From positions 1 through 44,280 of the forward strand of contig JWZX01003033.1 in NCBI GenBank assembly GCA_001275005.1: a stretch of DNA of 44,280 bases, in the 5' to 3' direction. The first letter of the stretch is position 1. The number at the start of each line of letters is the position of its first letter. Of the stretch, positions 1-11,500 are shown piece by piece. Below the pieces are notes generated by a model. That model made no database searches. It saw only the letters and a list, made by a program, of their open reading frames with translations, and was not told where the DNA came from. Made by a program: the position numbers and the translations under genes. The stretch comes from Chrysochromulina tobinii (lineage: Eukaryota).

Positions 1-316
1 GGAAGGATTTCTTCGCGTCGTGGGCGATCTCGCGGTTGACGTTCGGGTTGTAGATGCCCGAGTCGAAGGTACCAGGCACGGCCCAGCCCGAAGCCACAGT
101 TTTTCCAGGCTCGAACGACTCGCGAGCTTCGGATTTGATGCCGAATGAAGCGGTGCCCTTCTGTGCGCTGACGTTGTGCGACTCGGTTGTGTACGCGTTC
201 GCTTCGAGACCGTCGCCCTTCTCGGTGACCTTGGGATCGTACGCCCCAGGGCCGGGTGTGACCTTGCCCAGTTTTCGCTCGGTAAGCGCCTTCATACGGT
301 CGAGGTCTTCTGCCAT
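1..316 (-). CDS. PGPGAY-repeat (SHIPPO/STPG/ODF3-like) axonemal protein, 3' part runs off the window
   Basis: Manual minus-strand translation from ATG 316: MAEDLDRMKALTERKLGKVTPGPGAYDPKV...GIYNPNVNRE..., open to the window edge. TPGPGAYDP is the SHIPPO-repeat signature. An upstream exon is possible. Confidence 0.6.
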   Translation of the reverse strand, partial: MAEDLDRMKALTERKLGKVTPGPGAYDPKVTEKGDGLEANAYTTESHNVSAQKGTASFGIKSEARESFEPGKTVASGWAVPGTFDSGIYNPNVNREIAHDAKKSF

Positions 317-812
317 GCGCTGAGATGGGGTCAATCTCTGCGTCATTACCCTTGCGAGGCTCGAGGGGGGCGAGGCGGGTGACGACGGCCCATCAAGATG
401 TCCCATGACCGAGTCGGGCGACTCCGGGCTCTTCCGCAGCTGCCGCATGCGCTCATCGCCCCGAGCGAGGCGAGCCCTCGCAGCCTCGGACGCGCTCATT
501 TTCGCTTGCGACGTCGTTTTCTTTTCCCGGGTCGGAGCAGCGACAGCACGAGCAGCCGGAAAATTTGTCGTTTTTCCTTGACAAGTTCCAAATTACAACT
601 TTGCATGCCAAACTTGCCGTTTCAAGGGCCGCGCGCGGATACCATGCAACCACGAATAAAACACGCTCGCGGGATCGTGCATCCCCGCGTTGACACTTGT
701 AAAACGCCCTCAGAGGGGATGCGTCTAATCTCGCAGCCCGCCCGCGAGCCGTGTCGCCGCGTCATCATCCCTTGCATCGGGCCACCTTTCATCAGGCACC
801 GTGCCCATCTCC

Positions 813-1640
813 TCAGGCCCCAGCACTTGCCTTGGCGCCCACGCCCACTTGCGAGGCACGTACGAGGCGCTCGCGATGGATGACGTACCCCGGACGAATA
901 ACCTTCTCAACCTTGCCCGTAGGCGCGCCGTCGGCCACAGGCACAGTGAACATGGCCTCCATCGTTTGCGGGTCGAAGGCGTCACCCACGCGTGGTGCGA
1001 GCGGCTCAACGCCATGATCATGCAGCGCAGCCAAAAGCGTCGAGCGCGTGAGCCGTATGCCCTCTGCGTCCGCCGTCGCATGTTCGGCTGCTGCATCCAT
1101 CGCATCGAGCGCAGGAGCAAGGCTCTTGACAAGCGAGGCCGCGCCGAAGCGCTCGGCCTTGGCCACCTCCACCGCGCCACGTCTCCGAAGGTCCACCACC
1201 TCCTGCGACAAACGGGCCAGCGCATATCGGTTGCTGGTGCGCCCGACGATTGCTGCAACCATCATCCCACTGATCGCTGCTGCCGCTACTGCTCCTGCCG
1301 CGCCGTACATCAAGTACTCCTTGCGCTGTCGCTCCTGCGAAGACGCGAATCGATCGCGTGGATTTTCATGATATATCGGGCAGCAGTGAGCTCAGCATGT
1401 GCTTACCATCATCTCCTGGGCGAGCTCAAGGTCTTGAATTGCGTCCTCGAGCTCGGCCTTGAGCTCAGCTCGCTCATTACGGATGCGGCGAAGCTGAGAG
1501 GTCATCACGTCGACTGCGCCCGCGGTGAGAGTCCGCTCCAGGCCGGGTCGGCCGCGGTGAGAGTCCGGTCCAAAATCATGGACCGGCGGCAGACTCGCAG
1601 GAGGCGGCTGATGTGCCTCGTTCGACCCCGATGCGCCCAT
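813..1640 (-). CDS. grpE: GrpE-family nucleotide exchange factor with N-terminal extension and hydrophobic helix; 2 exons (1640-1407, 1334-813), 251 aa
   Basis: GrpE motifs: AERFGAASLVKSLAPALDAMD, EGIRLT, HGVEPL..VGDAFDPQTMEAM, GKVEKVIRPGY..RLVRASQVGV. A GTAAGC...GCAG intron at 1406-1335 joins both ORFs in frame. Confidence 0.8.
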
Positions 1641-1794
1641 CAAAAATGACGAAATGAACACAGGTACCGGGTAAGTTGGTCCATGTCGACGCTCTGCGCG
1701 ATGTGAATCAACTGCGGTCCCCGAATGTCTATTTCGGCACAAAGTACGTGAATCTCCGAGACGAGCTCAACATCTCAGTCCGCAGCCCCCGAAA

Positions 1795-2985
1795 ATGACG
1801 GGTCTAGCCGTGCTCGCCTTCATCGTCGCGAGCGTGACGCCATCGGCCAACTTTGCTGCCTCAAAGATAGTGCGCCGCGACACTCTCCTCCGGCTCTCCG
1901 GTGGCGCCGCTCAGCAGACAGTGTTAGTCACCGGAGGCGTTGGCTACATTGGGAGCCACACTGTGCTCGAGCTGCTGAACGCTGGGTATGACGTGGTCGT
2001 GGCCGACAACCTGTGCAACTCCAACATAGAGTGCTTGCACCGCGTGCAGGTACTCGCCGGCCGTGACGTAGAGTTCTACCAGGTCGATATCCGCGAGAAG
2101 GCTGGGCTTGCAGCTGTCTTCGCAAAGCACAAGATCGATGCCGTCATTCACTTTGCTGGCCTCAAGGCGGTGGGCGAGTCGGTCGCCAAGCCGCTCCTCT
2201 ACTACCAGGTGAACGTCGAGGGCACGCTTAACCTGGTCGAGGTGATGAACGAGGCCGGCTGCCACAACATCGTCTTCTCGTCCTCCGCCACCGTGTACGG
2301 CGACCCCGCGAGCGTGCCTGTGACTGAGGACTTTCCGACGGGGCCGACCAACCCGTACGGGCAGTCGAAGCTGATGAACGAGATCATCCTGGGTGACGTG
2401 GCCGCTTCTGACAAGCGCTGGAATGTGTGCCTGCTGCGCTACTTCAATCCCGTTGGCGCGCACCCGTCGGGCCAGATCGGAGAAGACCCAAAAGGCATCC
2501 CGAACAACCTGATGCCGTTCATCCAGCAGGTCGCTGTGGGAAAGCGCCCGAAGCTTTCCGTATTCGGGAGCGACTACCCCACCGCGGACGGCACGGGCGT
2601 GCGCGACTACATCCACGTCGTCGACCTCGCCAAGGGGCACCTCGCCGCGCTCAAGAAGCTCGAGACAGCGCCCGGAAAGGTGGTGTACAATCTGGGTACA
2701 GGCACCGGATATTCGGTGCTCGACATGGTCAAGGCGTACTCGAAGGCGTGCGGGCGCGATCTGCCCTACGAGCTGACGGCCCGTCGGCCTGGCGACGTGG
2801 CCGTGGTGTACGCCGACCCTTCGTTTGCGACCAAGGAGCTTGGCTGGCGCGCCGAACTCGGGATGGAGCAGATGTGCGCCGATTCTTGGCGATGGATCAG
2901 CAGCAACCCCGATGGCTTCGCGACGACCGTGCCCAACGCAGAAAAGGCGACGGCGGCAGCCAAGCCCGTCCGGGTGGGGGGGTGA
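1795..2985 (+). CDS. galE: UDP-glucose 4-epimerase with N-terminal signal/targeting presequence
   Basis: [40 protein letters not shown] (YxxxK), [29 protein letters not shown]. Confidence 0.96.
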   Translation: MTGLAVLAFIVASVTPSANFAASKIVRRDTLLRLSGGAAQQTVLVTGGVGYIGSHTVLELLNAGYDVVVADNLCNSNIECLHRVQVLAGRDVEFYQVDIREKAGLAAVFAKHKIDAVIHFAGLKAVGESVAKPLLYYQVNVEGTLNLVEVMNEAGCHNIVFSSSATVYGDPASVPVTEDFPTGPTNPYGQSKLMNEIILGDVAASDKRWNVCLLRYFNPVGAHPSGQIGEDPKGIPNNLMPFIQQVAVGKRPKLSVFGSDYPTADGTGVRDYIHVVDLAKGHLAALKKLETAPGKVVYNLGTGTGYSVLDMVKAYSKACGRDLPYELTARRPGDVAVVYADPSFATKELGWRAELGMEQMCADSWRWISSNPDGFATTVPNAEKATAAAKPVRVGG

Positions 2986-3406
2986 GGTCGGAGGGCACCT
3001 CATCCAGATGCAGCGAGAGCGGCTCGGCCAGGCGCGGCGAGGGCGCAGGGCGGTGGTATTCGGGCGAGGGCGCAGCCAGGAGCCCCGCCCAGTGTACGTG
3101 TCAGAAACTCCCGCCCAGCACAGTGAGTGCCGCCTCCGCCTCTGGAACAGCGACCGCCTCGCCGGCCGTACCCGCCTCTGTTCCATCTGAACAAATACGC
3201 GGCTCGGAACGCACAAAATCATTAATCCGTCATACACGCAGCCCCTACCCCGCTACGTAGTACATCTATGCAACACAGATGTACCGTAATGTAGCGGTCC
3301 GATAGTAAACACTCTCACTACCTGACTCGCTTGCGTCATCGATGGCACGTCGCTTTTGATAAAAAATATTATGATAATAATGATCCTGACGACGACTTAC
3401 CTTACT

Positions 3407-3448
3407 TTTACTCCTTACGATAAATCCTTTACTCCTTACGATAAATCC
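3407..3448. repeat. 21-bp direct duplication (TTTACTCCTTACGATAAATCC x2) in an AT-rich intergenic island
   Basis: Two exact adjacent copies seen. Confidence 0.9.
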
Positions 3449-3902
3449 TCAACGCTCAAGCGAAGCAATCGAACCAACGCAACCCGCCGAAGATCCTATT
3501 CCCGATCCAGTTTTCGGGCGGCGCGGGTCGTCCGGTCGCTGCACGCTCCGGTGCGCGCACCGGCAGCGGGCACGGCAGCACATGCGCACACTCTGACAAA
3601 CGTAACGCGTGCGCAATAACCTCCTGGACGCACCTTCCGACTCTTGGACCGAGTCTCGCTTCCGAGTCACAGAGATCACGCTGCTTGACCCATTGCCACC
3701 GATAAGGCTGTCGCCCCTCGCGACTAGCGTGCCTCTCCACCGCGCGCTTCTGGCTCACCCCATGCTGTCGTTGCCACTTCCGGACGGTAGCACGAGTGCA
3801 AGCTCGCCCTGCTGAGTCACCGCTTGAACGCACAAGAGTCAGGTCCAGATCGCATGCGCCACATGCCTTCCTACATGCACATGATGTCGAGCACGTAGCC
3901 CC

Positions 3903-5324
3903 TCACGACAACTCAATATCGTCGCAGTCGAGCGAGCCCCAAAACGACGGCGCGCCATGGCCCTTCTGCCGCGTCAGCCCTGGCAACGTCGCACCCTCCA
4001 CCGGCGCGCCCATGACGCCTCCCAACGAACGGTCTGCACGGGACAGAGCCAATAAGGGGGTAGGTATGGAAGCACATGAGTGAGGGCGGGAATCGCGCGG
4101 AGATCGCGCGGAGATCGCGCGGAGATCGCGTGGAGATCAGGACAGCCAGGCGGGCGCGGTGGCCTCAGCAAGGTGCGCGCGCGCGATCACTCGGGCTGCC
4201 GCAGCAGGCGCGCGGCGTCAGCAGCACGCGGCAGCGGCGACGTCAGCGCGCTTCGCAGCGTGCTTACAGACGGGCATGTCATCATCCATCGGGGCCGCGC
4301 CATCCTCCCAAGTAGAGGGGACCGCGCCCATGCCGCGGTAGACGGGGCCGTCCTCGCCGTCGATCATTTGGTGCGGGTTGTAGGAGCCCTGGTCCAACGA
4401 AATCTCGAGAGGCTTGCCAGTCACCCAAGGGTGTTCACGGCACTGGGCCATGGTCATGCGCCGTGACGGGTCGATCCTCAGGAGCCCGTCGAGCAGATCG
4501 ACGACCTCGCGCGAGAGGTGGCGCGCAGTGCGGCTGTAGAAGCCGTAGACGGTGTGCACCGTCGACGCGCCGTGGCTCTGCGCCACGTGCAGCCTCGGGA
4601 ACCTCCAGTCCTGCTCCGTCGCCTCGTCGAGAGGGAAGAAGCCGCTGAGCATCGCGAAGAGGCACACGCCGAGCGACCACATGTCCGCGGCGAAGCCGTC
4701 GTAGCCTTTCGCCGCGAGGACCTCGGGCGCCGCGTACGACTTGCTCCCGCACACGTCGCGCAGCGGCTTGCTCCGGTCGACGAAGCCCGTCGACCGGTTA
4801 ACCGGGTAGACGTGCGAGAGGCCAAAATCAATGAGCTTGAGCTTTCCTTCCGCGTTGAGCAGCACGTTCTCGAGCTTGAGGTCGCGGTGCGCGACGCCGG
4901 CGATGTGGCAGTAGTTGACGCCGTCGAGCATTTGGCAGAAGAAGCCGCGGGCGTACGGCTCAGGCATCGCGTCCGCGCCGCGGTCGATGACCTGGTCGAA
5001 CAGCTCGCCACCACTCGCAAGCTCCATGAAGATGAAGTAGTGATCCTTATGCTTGCCACCGTAGCCGGCGCCGTGGCCGCGCACGGAGATTACGTTGGGG
5101 TTCTGGAGCGTCTCCAGGATGTGGGCCTCCTTCTGGATCGTCTCGATGCGCACCTTGCGCATGTCAAGGATCTTGACGGCTAGCTGCTCGCCCGTGCTCT
5201 TGTCGGCGGCGGAGTAGGTGGCGCCGTAGCCGCCCTCGCCGTACTTCTTGCCGAGGTTGATGGAAAAACGCTCCTGGAGTTCCTTGGGCTTGTCGGGATC
5301 GGTGCCAAAAATGGCGCTCATCAT
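3903..5324 (-). CDS. CAMK-group Ser/Thr protein kinase; 2 exons (5324-4268, 4033-3903)
   Basis: GEGGYG, AVK, ELASGGELFD, HRDLKLEN, DFG, CGSKSYAAPE, DMWSLG. A GTAAG...GCAG intron at 4267-4034 gives the tail ...MPVYRSLGGV...DIELS*. The start may lie in an upstream exon. Confidence 0.88.
4089..4138. repeat. Intronic 11-bp tandem repeat (GGAGATCGCGC) x4-5
   Basis: Seen directly inside the kinase intron. Confidence 0.85.
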
Positions 5325-5756
5325 GCACTGCAGGTCTGAGAAACAGGTGGGAAAGGAAGCGGGCGTCGGTTGGCCGGCTGGCGCTGCGGGGGATGCCGCA
5401 GGGAGCGAGCTGGGCCGAGGGCCGGGCTTGGGCGAGCTTCCAGTGCGGATCGCGCGACGCTGCGCAGGCGGCACGCGAACAGGCGGCATGTCGTTGGCGT
5501 GCGCTTGGATTTGTTGCGCTACATGTACAGGCAATTGCTGCCCAGGAGCGTCCAGAAGAAAAGCAAGCTGCCCTGCCTGGTGTGAACATGCTGGGAAAAT
5601 AGCACAGTGTGAAAGCGATCCACCCGTACGGTGCGCTACAGTGCGCGATGCGTTTTTGAGGCGCGCTTGAGACGGACAAGATTTCACACCCTTGTCCTTC
5701 GCTTTTTGTTCCGTGCGAGCGCCCACTACATGTAAAGGTGCCGCTCATTTGCACAG

Positions 5757-6192
5757 ATGGACGCTGACTACTACATCAAGAATAAGTGTGCCGCCCGCAA
5801 CCGACAACGCACCGCTTGCCAGCGCCATGCCATCGAACTCCGTCCGCTCATGATGCTCCGTGCGCTCTCTTGCTCTCTCTCTCTCGCAGCCCATTCAAAA
5901 AGCCCGAGGAGCCACCTTCAGCAAAGGTGAAGCGGACGCTCACGGTCCTAGGCTTCCTCGCGTTGCTCGCCTTCTGGAGCATCAACGCCTCGCCCGCGGT
6001 CGACGTTCGAGACAACGCGATGGAGGCCCGCGGCCATTTGGTGCCACTCGAGGCGGCACCCGTGCGTCCCGCTGGCGGTGGCATGGCAAATGCGAGCGTA
6101 GTCGTCGCAAAGGCCGACGATAGCAGCAATGCGATTGCGAGCAGCAGCAGTGCGCAAGCAGGAAGCGCCGTAGATGCTAGCGTTCAGGTGTC

Positions 6193-6227
<35 letters not shown>

Positions 6228-6268
6228 ACAGCAGCAGCAGCAGCAATGCTTCTCAGTTGCTGAACTAG
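5757..6268 (+). CDS. Small type II single-pass membrane protein with poly-Ser tail; 2 exons (5757-5785, 5890-6268)
   Basis: MDADYYIKN, then intron GT 5786...GCAG 5889 with a pyrimidine tract, then NPFKKPEEPPSAKVKRTLTVLGFLALLAFWSINAS. An (AGC)n run encodes poly-Ser. Confidence 0.6.
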
Positions 6269-7080
6269 TCGTCTGAATAGATTTTTGTGAATGCTCGTGC
6301 CGTGCCCAGGTGTGAACATCGAAAGTAAACTCGTGCATGGATCACATCTAATCTCGTTCTCGAAAAGTACAAATACACGGACGGCAGTATAGAGTATACG
6401 CCGGGCGCGGCCGCGTAATAACGCCGCGGGGGCGCGGCCCCCGCGACCCCGCGAGCCCTGCGTGGTCCGGCAATGCCCGAATCATTCCGATGCGCGTCTC
6501 GCCTCACCGTCTCAGGCGCGCCGCGACCCGGCTCGGTCCCGTCACACGTCGTCCCCGCCCCGGCGCCGGCGGTCGACTTCGGTCGACGAGCGACGGACAA
6601 CATCGATCCGGCTGGCGGTCCTTGTCCACCGGGTCTATATTATATATATATTAAGTTGTATAAATACCATCGTATAAGTTCATGATCGTAAGTTTATAAC
6701 TAATATAAGGCAATTTGTATAAGCGTGTAACTACGTTGTGTATTAATCCTCTGTGTCTCGTTACGCCTCGCGAGATAAACAACTACAGGACGGCAATCCA
6801 CCGTCCCCGCACGCCACGCGAAATCCGTCGGACGATTCCGTAAGCGAAAAGCCCTGTGAAAAGCACGGCATCAAGCTCCGGCGCTCATCAGCGCGCTTTC
6901 CAAAGCTTTCCAAAAGCACATAGTAGTGAATGCGAGCCACGTCCGCCCGGCGCTGCCGTGGAGCTGCACCAAGAGCCTCGTGCCTCGTGTGTTGTTGTGT
7001 TGCTGTGGCGCCTACATTGCGTCAGTGCACTGAACAGATGGCGCGCCGGCCGAGAACGTGGCGCGTGATGACCTCTGCAA

Positions 7081-8385
7081 TTACCTCGGCAGACCGGCCC
7101 TCGAGGCGCGTCGCTTGAGTGGATTGGCGGGCGAGGGAGGCGCCGCCGCGTCGCTTGGATGTGGGCCACGGCCCGTGCTGGGCCGAGCCGCCCGTGCTTC
7201 GAAGGCGCCCGCGCCCTGGCTTGCGGCCCGTGTTGGCGCCGACGCTGGTGACACTCGCTCGCGCGCCGGCGCGCCGAAGCCACCTGGCAACCGGCCAGTG
7301 CCGCAGCGCCGTCCCCAGCCGCGCGGGCACTCGGGGTGTGTGATGGTGCGACAGAGCAGGAGGACCCCACCACCCAGGCGCGCGAGCCCGGCTGCATCGA
7401 GCGCTGGCTGCACGCCGAACTCGACGCGCTCCTCCACCTCAGACCAATCCAGAGAGCCGGGGTCGAGGAGCTTCTTAGCGGCGGCAGCCATGAAGGCGAC
7501 GCGGAAGGCCTCCCGGCTCTGCAGGTACATTGTGATGCGCTGTGCCGACGCCAACCCCAACGGAGCCGCCTCGGGGGATGCCGCTGAGAGCGTTGTCCTG
7601 AGCGGGCTGCCGTTGGTGGCGTTCTCAGTCACAGCCTCGGACTCGACGTTGATGAGGCTCAGCGGCGCCATGACGTCATTGCCGTCCTCGTCGCGCCGCT
7701 CCTCGAAGATGAGCTGCTGGCCCGAGCCGAACGGCGCCGAGCAATAAGAGACGCGTCCGCCAGCGACAGTGTGGTGCTCGGCCCGGCTGCCCAGCACTGT
7801 GATCCAAAAGGCGCGAATCGCTGCGGTGGTGCCGCAACGCACCTTACACACGACGCGCGAGATGGACACGAGGCTGCCGTAGCCGCCGGGCGGCGCGCCG
7901 CGCACCTCAGCAGTCGCGGGCGCAGGCCGGATGATGAGCAGGTTGCCATAAGGGCAGTTGATCACTAGGCGGTCATCTGGGGTGTCGTCGTGCCGGGTGA
8001 GCGAATCCTCGTCGAGCAGCGGCGCAACGCGCGCCTGCAGTGCATCGAGCGGCTCGCGCGTCCAAAACTCGATGTGGCCGCACCAGCTGGAGCCCGCGCC
8101 CTCGCGTGAGCCTCCAGCGAGCACTAGCTGGTGGTCGCCCACGTTGATTCTGACGCAGCCATCGTCCGGAACCTCGTCGCCCGTCGCAACCTTAGCGCCG
8201 AGGCCGTCGGCATAGAAGGCCGCGCCTTCAGGTGGCACGTTCTGCAGCGTCACGTGACCGAGGACTGTGCAAACCATGGTACGGCTTGGTCTTTCTATTT
8301 CTCGCGAACCCAGCGGTTTTGTAGGCGAGAGAGAGGGCGATTTGGATCTGGTCCTCAACACGAGCGCGCGATGGAGCTTGCTCAC
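7081..8385 (-). CDS. Glyoxalase/VOC-fold-like protein (two modules)
   Basis: LGHVTLQNV..AAFYADGLG..RINVGDHQLVL..CPYGN, then a second module IRAFWITVLG..QQLIFEE..RTITHPECP. Family recognised by pattern only. Confidence 0.55.
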   Translation of the reverse strand: MSKLHRALVLRTRSKSPSLSPTKPLGSREIERPSRTMVCTVLGHVTLQNVPPEGAAFYADGLGAKVATGDEVPDDGCVRINVGDHQLVLAGGSREGAGSSWCGHIEFWTREPLDALQARVAPLLDEDSLTRHDDTPDDRLVINCPYGNLLIIRPAPATAEVRGAPPGGYGSLVSISRVVCKVRCGTTAAIRAFWITVLGSRAEHHTVAGGRVSYCSAPFGSGQQLIFEERRDEDGNDVMAPLSLINVESEAVTENATNGSPLRTTLSAASPEAAPLGLASAQRITMYLQSREAFRVAFMAAAAKKLLDPGSLDWSEVEERVEFGVQPALDAAGLARLGGGVLLLCRTITHPECPRGWGRRCGTGRLPGGFGAPARERVSPASAPTRAASQGAGAFEARAARPSTGRGPHPSDAAAPPSPANPLKRRASRAGLPR

Positions 8386-8571
8386 GAGGGCGCTCGAACT
8401 TCGTCAGTGCAATTGTCTCAAGGGTCTCTCCGTTCCTCCTCCCAACAAGTACGTGTGTGGTTTTTCAGTGCATGCATGCGCGCGCCCGCGTATGAGAATT
8501 GCGTCTCGAGGAACTACTGAAGTCTCACAACTGGTACAGGCTTTTGTATGACACCGTCCGCGAGACGGAGG

Positions 8572-11500
8572 ATGTCCGCCCTCCGACTCGCTCTAATCGT
8601 CCTTGAGGCGGCGGCGGCGATCGCGGTCGAGGTACCGCGTGGGCTTCCAGTCCCGGCGCGGGCGGAGGCGGCGTCGTCGGCGGCGAGGGCGGCGTCGGGA
8701 GCAAGGGCGGCGATGTTGGCAGCGGAGGCGTCCCAAGCAGCAGAGCTTGACGAGGAGGACGAAGAGGACGAGGAGGATGAGGACAAGCAGCTGCTGCGCG
8801 GCGCACACTCGCAACCGAACGTCGCACCGCCGCCTCCGGGCGCTACCGGCTGCTCCTCATGGTGCTCCCAAGCCGTGCATTGCTCACACTCAGAATGCAT
8901 TCTGTGCCCGTCGTGCAGTGCAGCCCAGCGATGCGAGCCTACCACTCCGAGCGACCTCTCTCACGAGAGCTGCGAGAAATGGTGCAAGGAGGAGCGCAAG
9001 GAGGAGCACTGCCCTACGTGCGCCTGCCGCCAATGTTCCTTCTGCACGGCAGCGCAGCTGTCGGTTGAGATGAAATGCACGCCGACAGCCAAAGACGACG
9101 GTAAGGTCAAGAGCTGCAAATCGTACTGCAAGGATCAGCATGCGTCGACGCACTGCAAACGGTGCGACTGCCAGATGTGCAGCATCTGCCAGGCACCAGG
9201 CGCCTCTCCAGCTGCTGATGTCTTGACACCGAGGTCTGGCCCCACGATCATGTGCACTTCCGCGTTGAGGGATGACGGAAAAGTCGAGAGCTGCAAGGAG
9301 TACTGCAGCGAGAAGCACGCTTCGGTCCACTGTGCGCGCTGCGACTGCAAGGCGTGCGGCTTTTGCTTGGCACAGCGCTCGTGCACGCCGCAAAGTGCAG
9401 CCGACGCGGCTGTGGAGGCGTGCGAGAGCTTTTGCAACGATGACCACCCGCAGGACCACTGCCCCCTGTGCCGGTGTAAGCGCTGCAGCTTCTGTGACGG
9501 CGGGGGCGCAGGCGAAGAGGGTAGAGGGGACCGTCCGGCGTCGGCGTCGTCTTGTACGCCGCTCGATACCAATGACGTTCGCGTCGCCAGCTGCGAGCCG
9601 TTCTGCAATGCCAAGCAAGCGGGCTCACATTGCCTGCGCTGCTCTTGCAAGACGTGCACGTTCTGCAACGCGCGGGGCGCGGCGCTCGGCTTGCTGGGAG
9701 CGCCGCCGCCGCCCGACCCCGCATGCGCAACGGTCTCGAAACGCGGCTCGGCCTCTGCAGAGGGCGTCGTCGTCGCGCAGGTACGCCTGAAGGTTTGGGA
9801 AGCGCGCAGTCTCATCCGCATCACTTGGCCTTCGGACGCGGGGGCTCTGGCGCTCCGGGTGGCCAAAGTGGACGGCGCAGAGCTGATGCTCACTTCGGGC
9901 GCCACGCTCACGTTTGCGCTGGGGGATGAGGCGCGGGCAATCAGCGTTCGAGGCGGCAAGGCCTTTGAGGTGCACCTGCTCGGCGCCGCCGACGTCCTCA
10001 TGCAGCACCTCGAGCAGCCGCTCGAGATCAAGTGCCATTATCAGCTCAAAGCATGCGCGGGCGCCTCGTGGCAGCTGCTCGAGGACTGGGGTGGTGGCTA
10101 CCGCGCCGAGGTGCTAATCGCCGAGGGCTGGGCGGCTGGGGCGCACGTGCAGCTCGACTTTGGATCCGTGGCTGTGCGGGTGGACGAGATGTGGCAGGCT
10201 ACTGCGCTTCCTGACCCGTCCTGGCCCACCCGAATCGACTTTGTGCTCGATGCGACAGCGGACGGCGACGGGGGCTTTGGGTACACCGCCCGCGGCTTCC
10301 CCACGCCGCCGTCGATCAAGTGCACCTTTGAAGGGCGTCTGCCCCCGCGCTCGCTCCCGGCATCCCAGGCTCTGCGAGCACGTGCTCAGCCGCCTGTGCC
10401 GGACGCGCCCGTGGCTGTCTCCACAGAGTGCGGTGAGTTCAAGCTCACGTGGCATCCGCCACCGGACGCCGAGCGCGCCGAATGGGCCATCTTCTATCGT
10501 GCGGCCGAGGTGTCGCCGGCAGCTCCGACCGGCACCTTCCCAACCATCCCGCCGGCGCAGGGGGCGCTGACGGCACTCGCCACGGGCCTCCGTCCGCCTT
10601 TGGTTGGGCATACCAATTTCGTCCATACCATCTCCGGGCTTCCCGCGCAGACCGCTCTTCGCTTCTTCCTTCGGTACGCCGTCTCCCGAGAGGGCCCATG
10701 GAGCGCCCTCTCGGGCGCGAGTCAGCCAGTGACGAGCGAGCTCGGAGCACCGCCCGCAAAGCCCACAGGCCTCACCCTGCCGCCACTCCCCATCGGGAGC
10801 GTCGCGGTCAGCTGTGACGCACTCATGCTCACCTGGGCGCCCAGCACGGGCTGCGCGATCGTCGACTATCGGCTCCAAGTACGCGTGGAAGGCACCGCCA
10901 AGTGGATCACCTCTGCTGCGCTCGGCGCAGACTCGACGAGCTTCCATGGGTTCGGGACTGGTGAGGTCGGTCCCATCTGCAGGGAGGGGAGCACGATCGA
11001 GATGCGGCTACAGGCGAAGAACGGTGCGGGCTGGTCGGCTTTCTCGGAGGCGCTCAGCGTGAGGCTTGGAACCACCCAGACGCCCGTACATGCCCAACCG
11101 CCGCGTGCCGTCAGCACACCCACATGTGATGCCCTCACCCTCCGCTGGGCAGCCCCAGAGGCGCACGGCACGCCTCTATCGAACCATCGAGTCGAGTGGG
11201 CGTCGACGCTCGCACTACGTGAGCCGTCGAGTGCCGCCGACGCGTGGCAGTCGGTCCTCGTCGACGGGAGCAAGCAGGAGGTGAGACTCGACGGACTCGA
11301 CGGCGGCGTATCGTACACCATCCGCGTGGCATCGCAGGCGCTGCTGGGCTGGGGAACACCCTCGCCGCCGCTGCTCATCTCCACGCCCGCAAGCGACAAT
11401 GACCTCGATCCCCCACAGCCGCCAACGTACCTGCCGCCCCCCAGTGGACGGTGCGACGCCATCATGCTGAGGCTACCTGCCGGCCGGCGTGGCTGCGAGC

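Noticed and set aside
1924..3237. 437-aa minus-strand ORF and many similar long R/A/P-rich ORFs
   Set aside because: These are antisense or alternative-frame shadows of real genes in high-GC DNA, with no domain signal.
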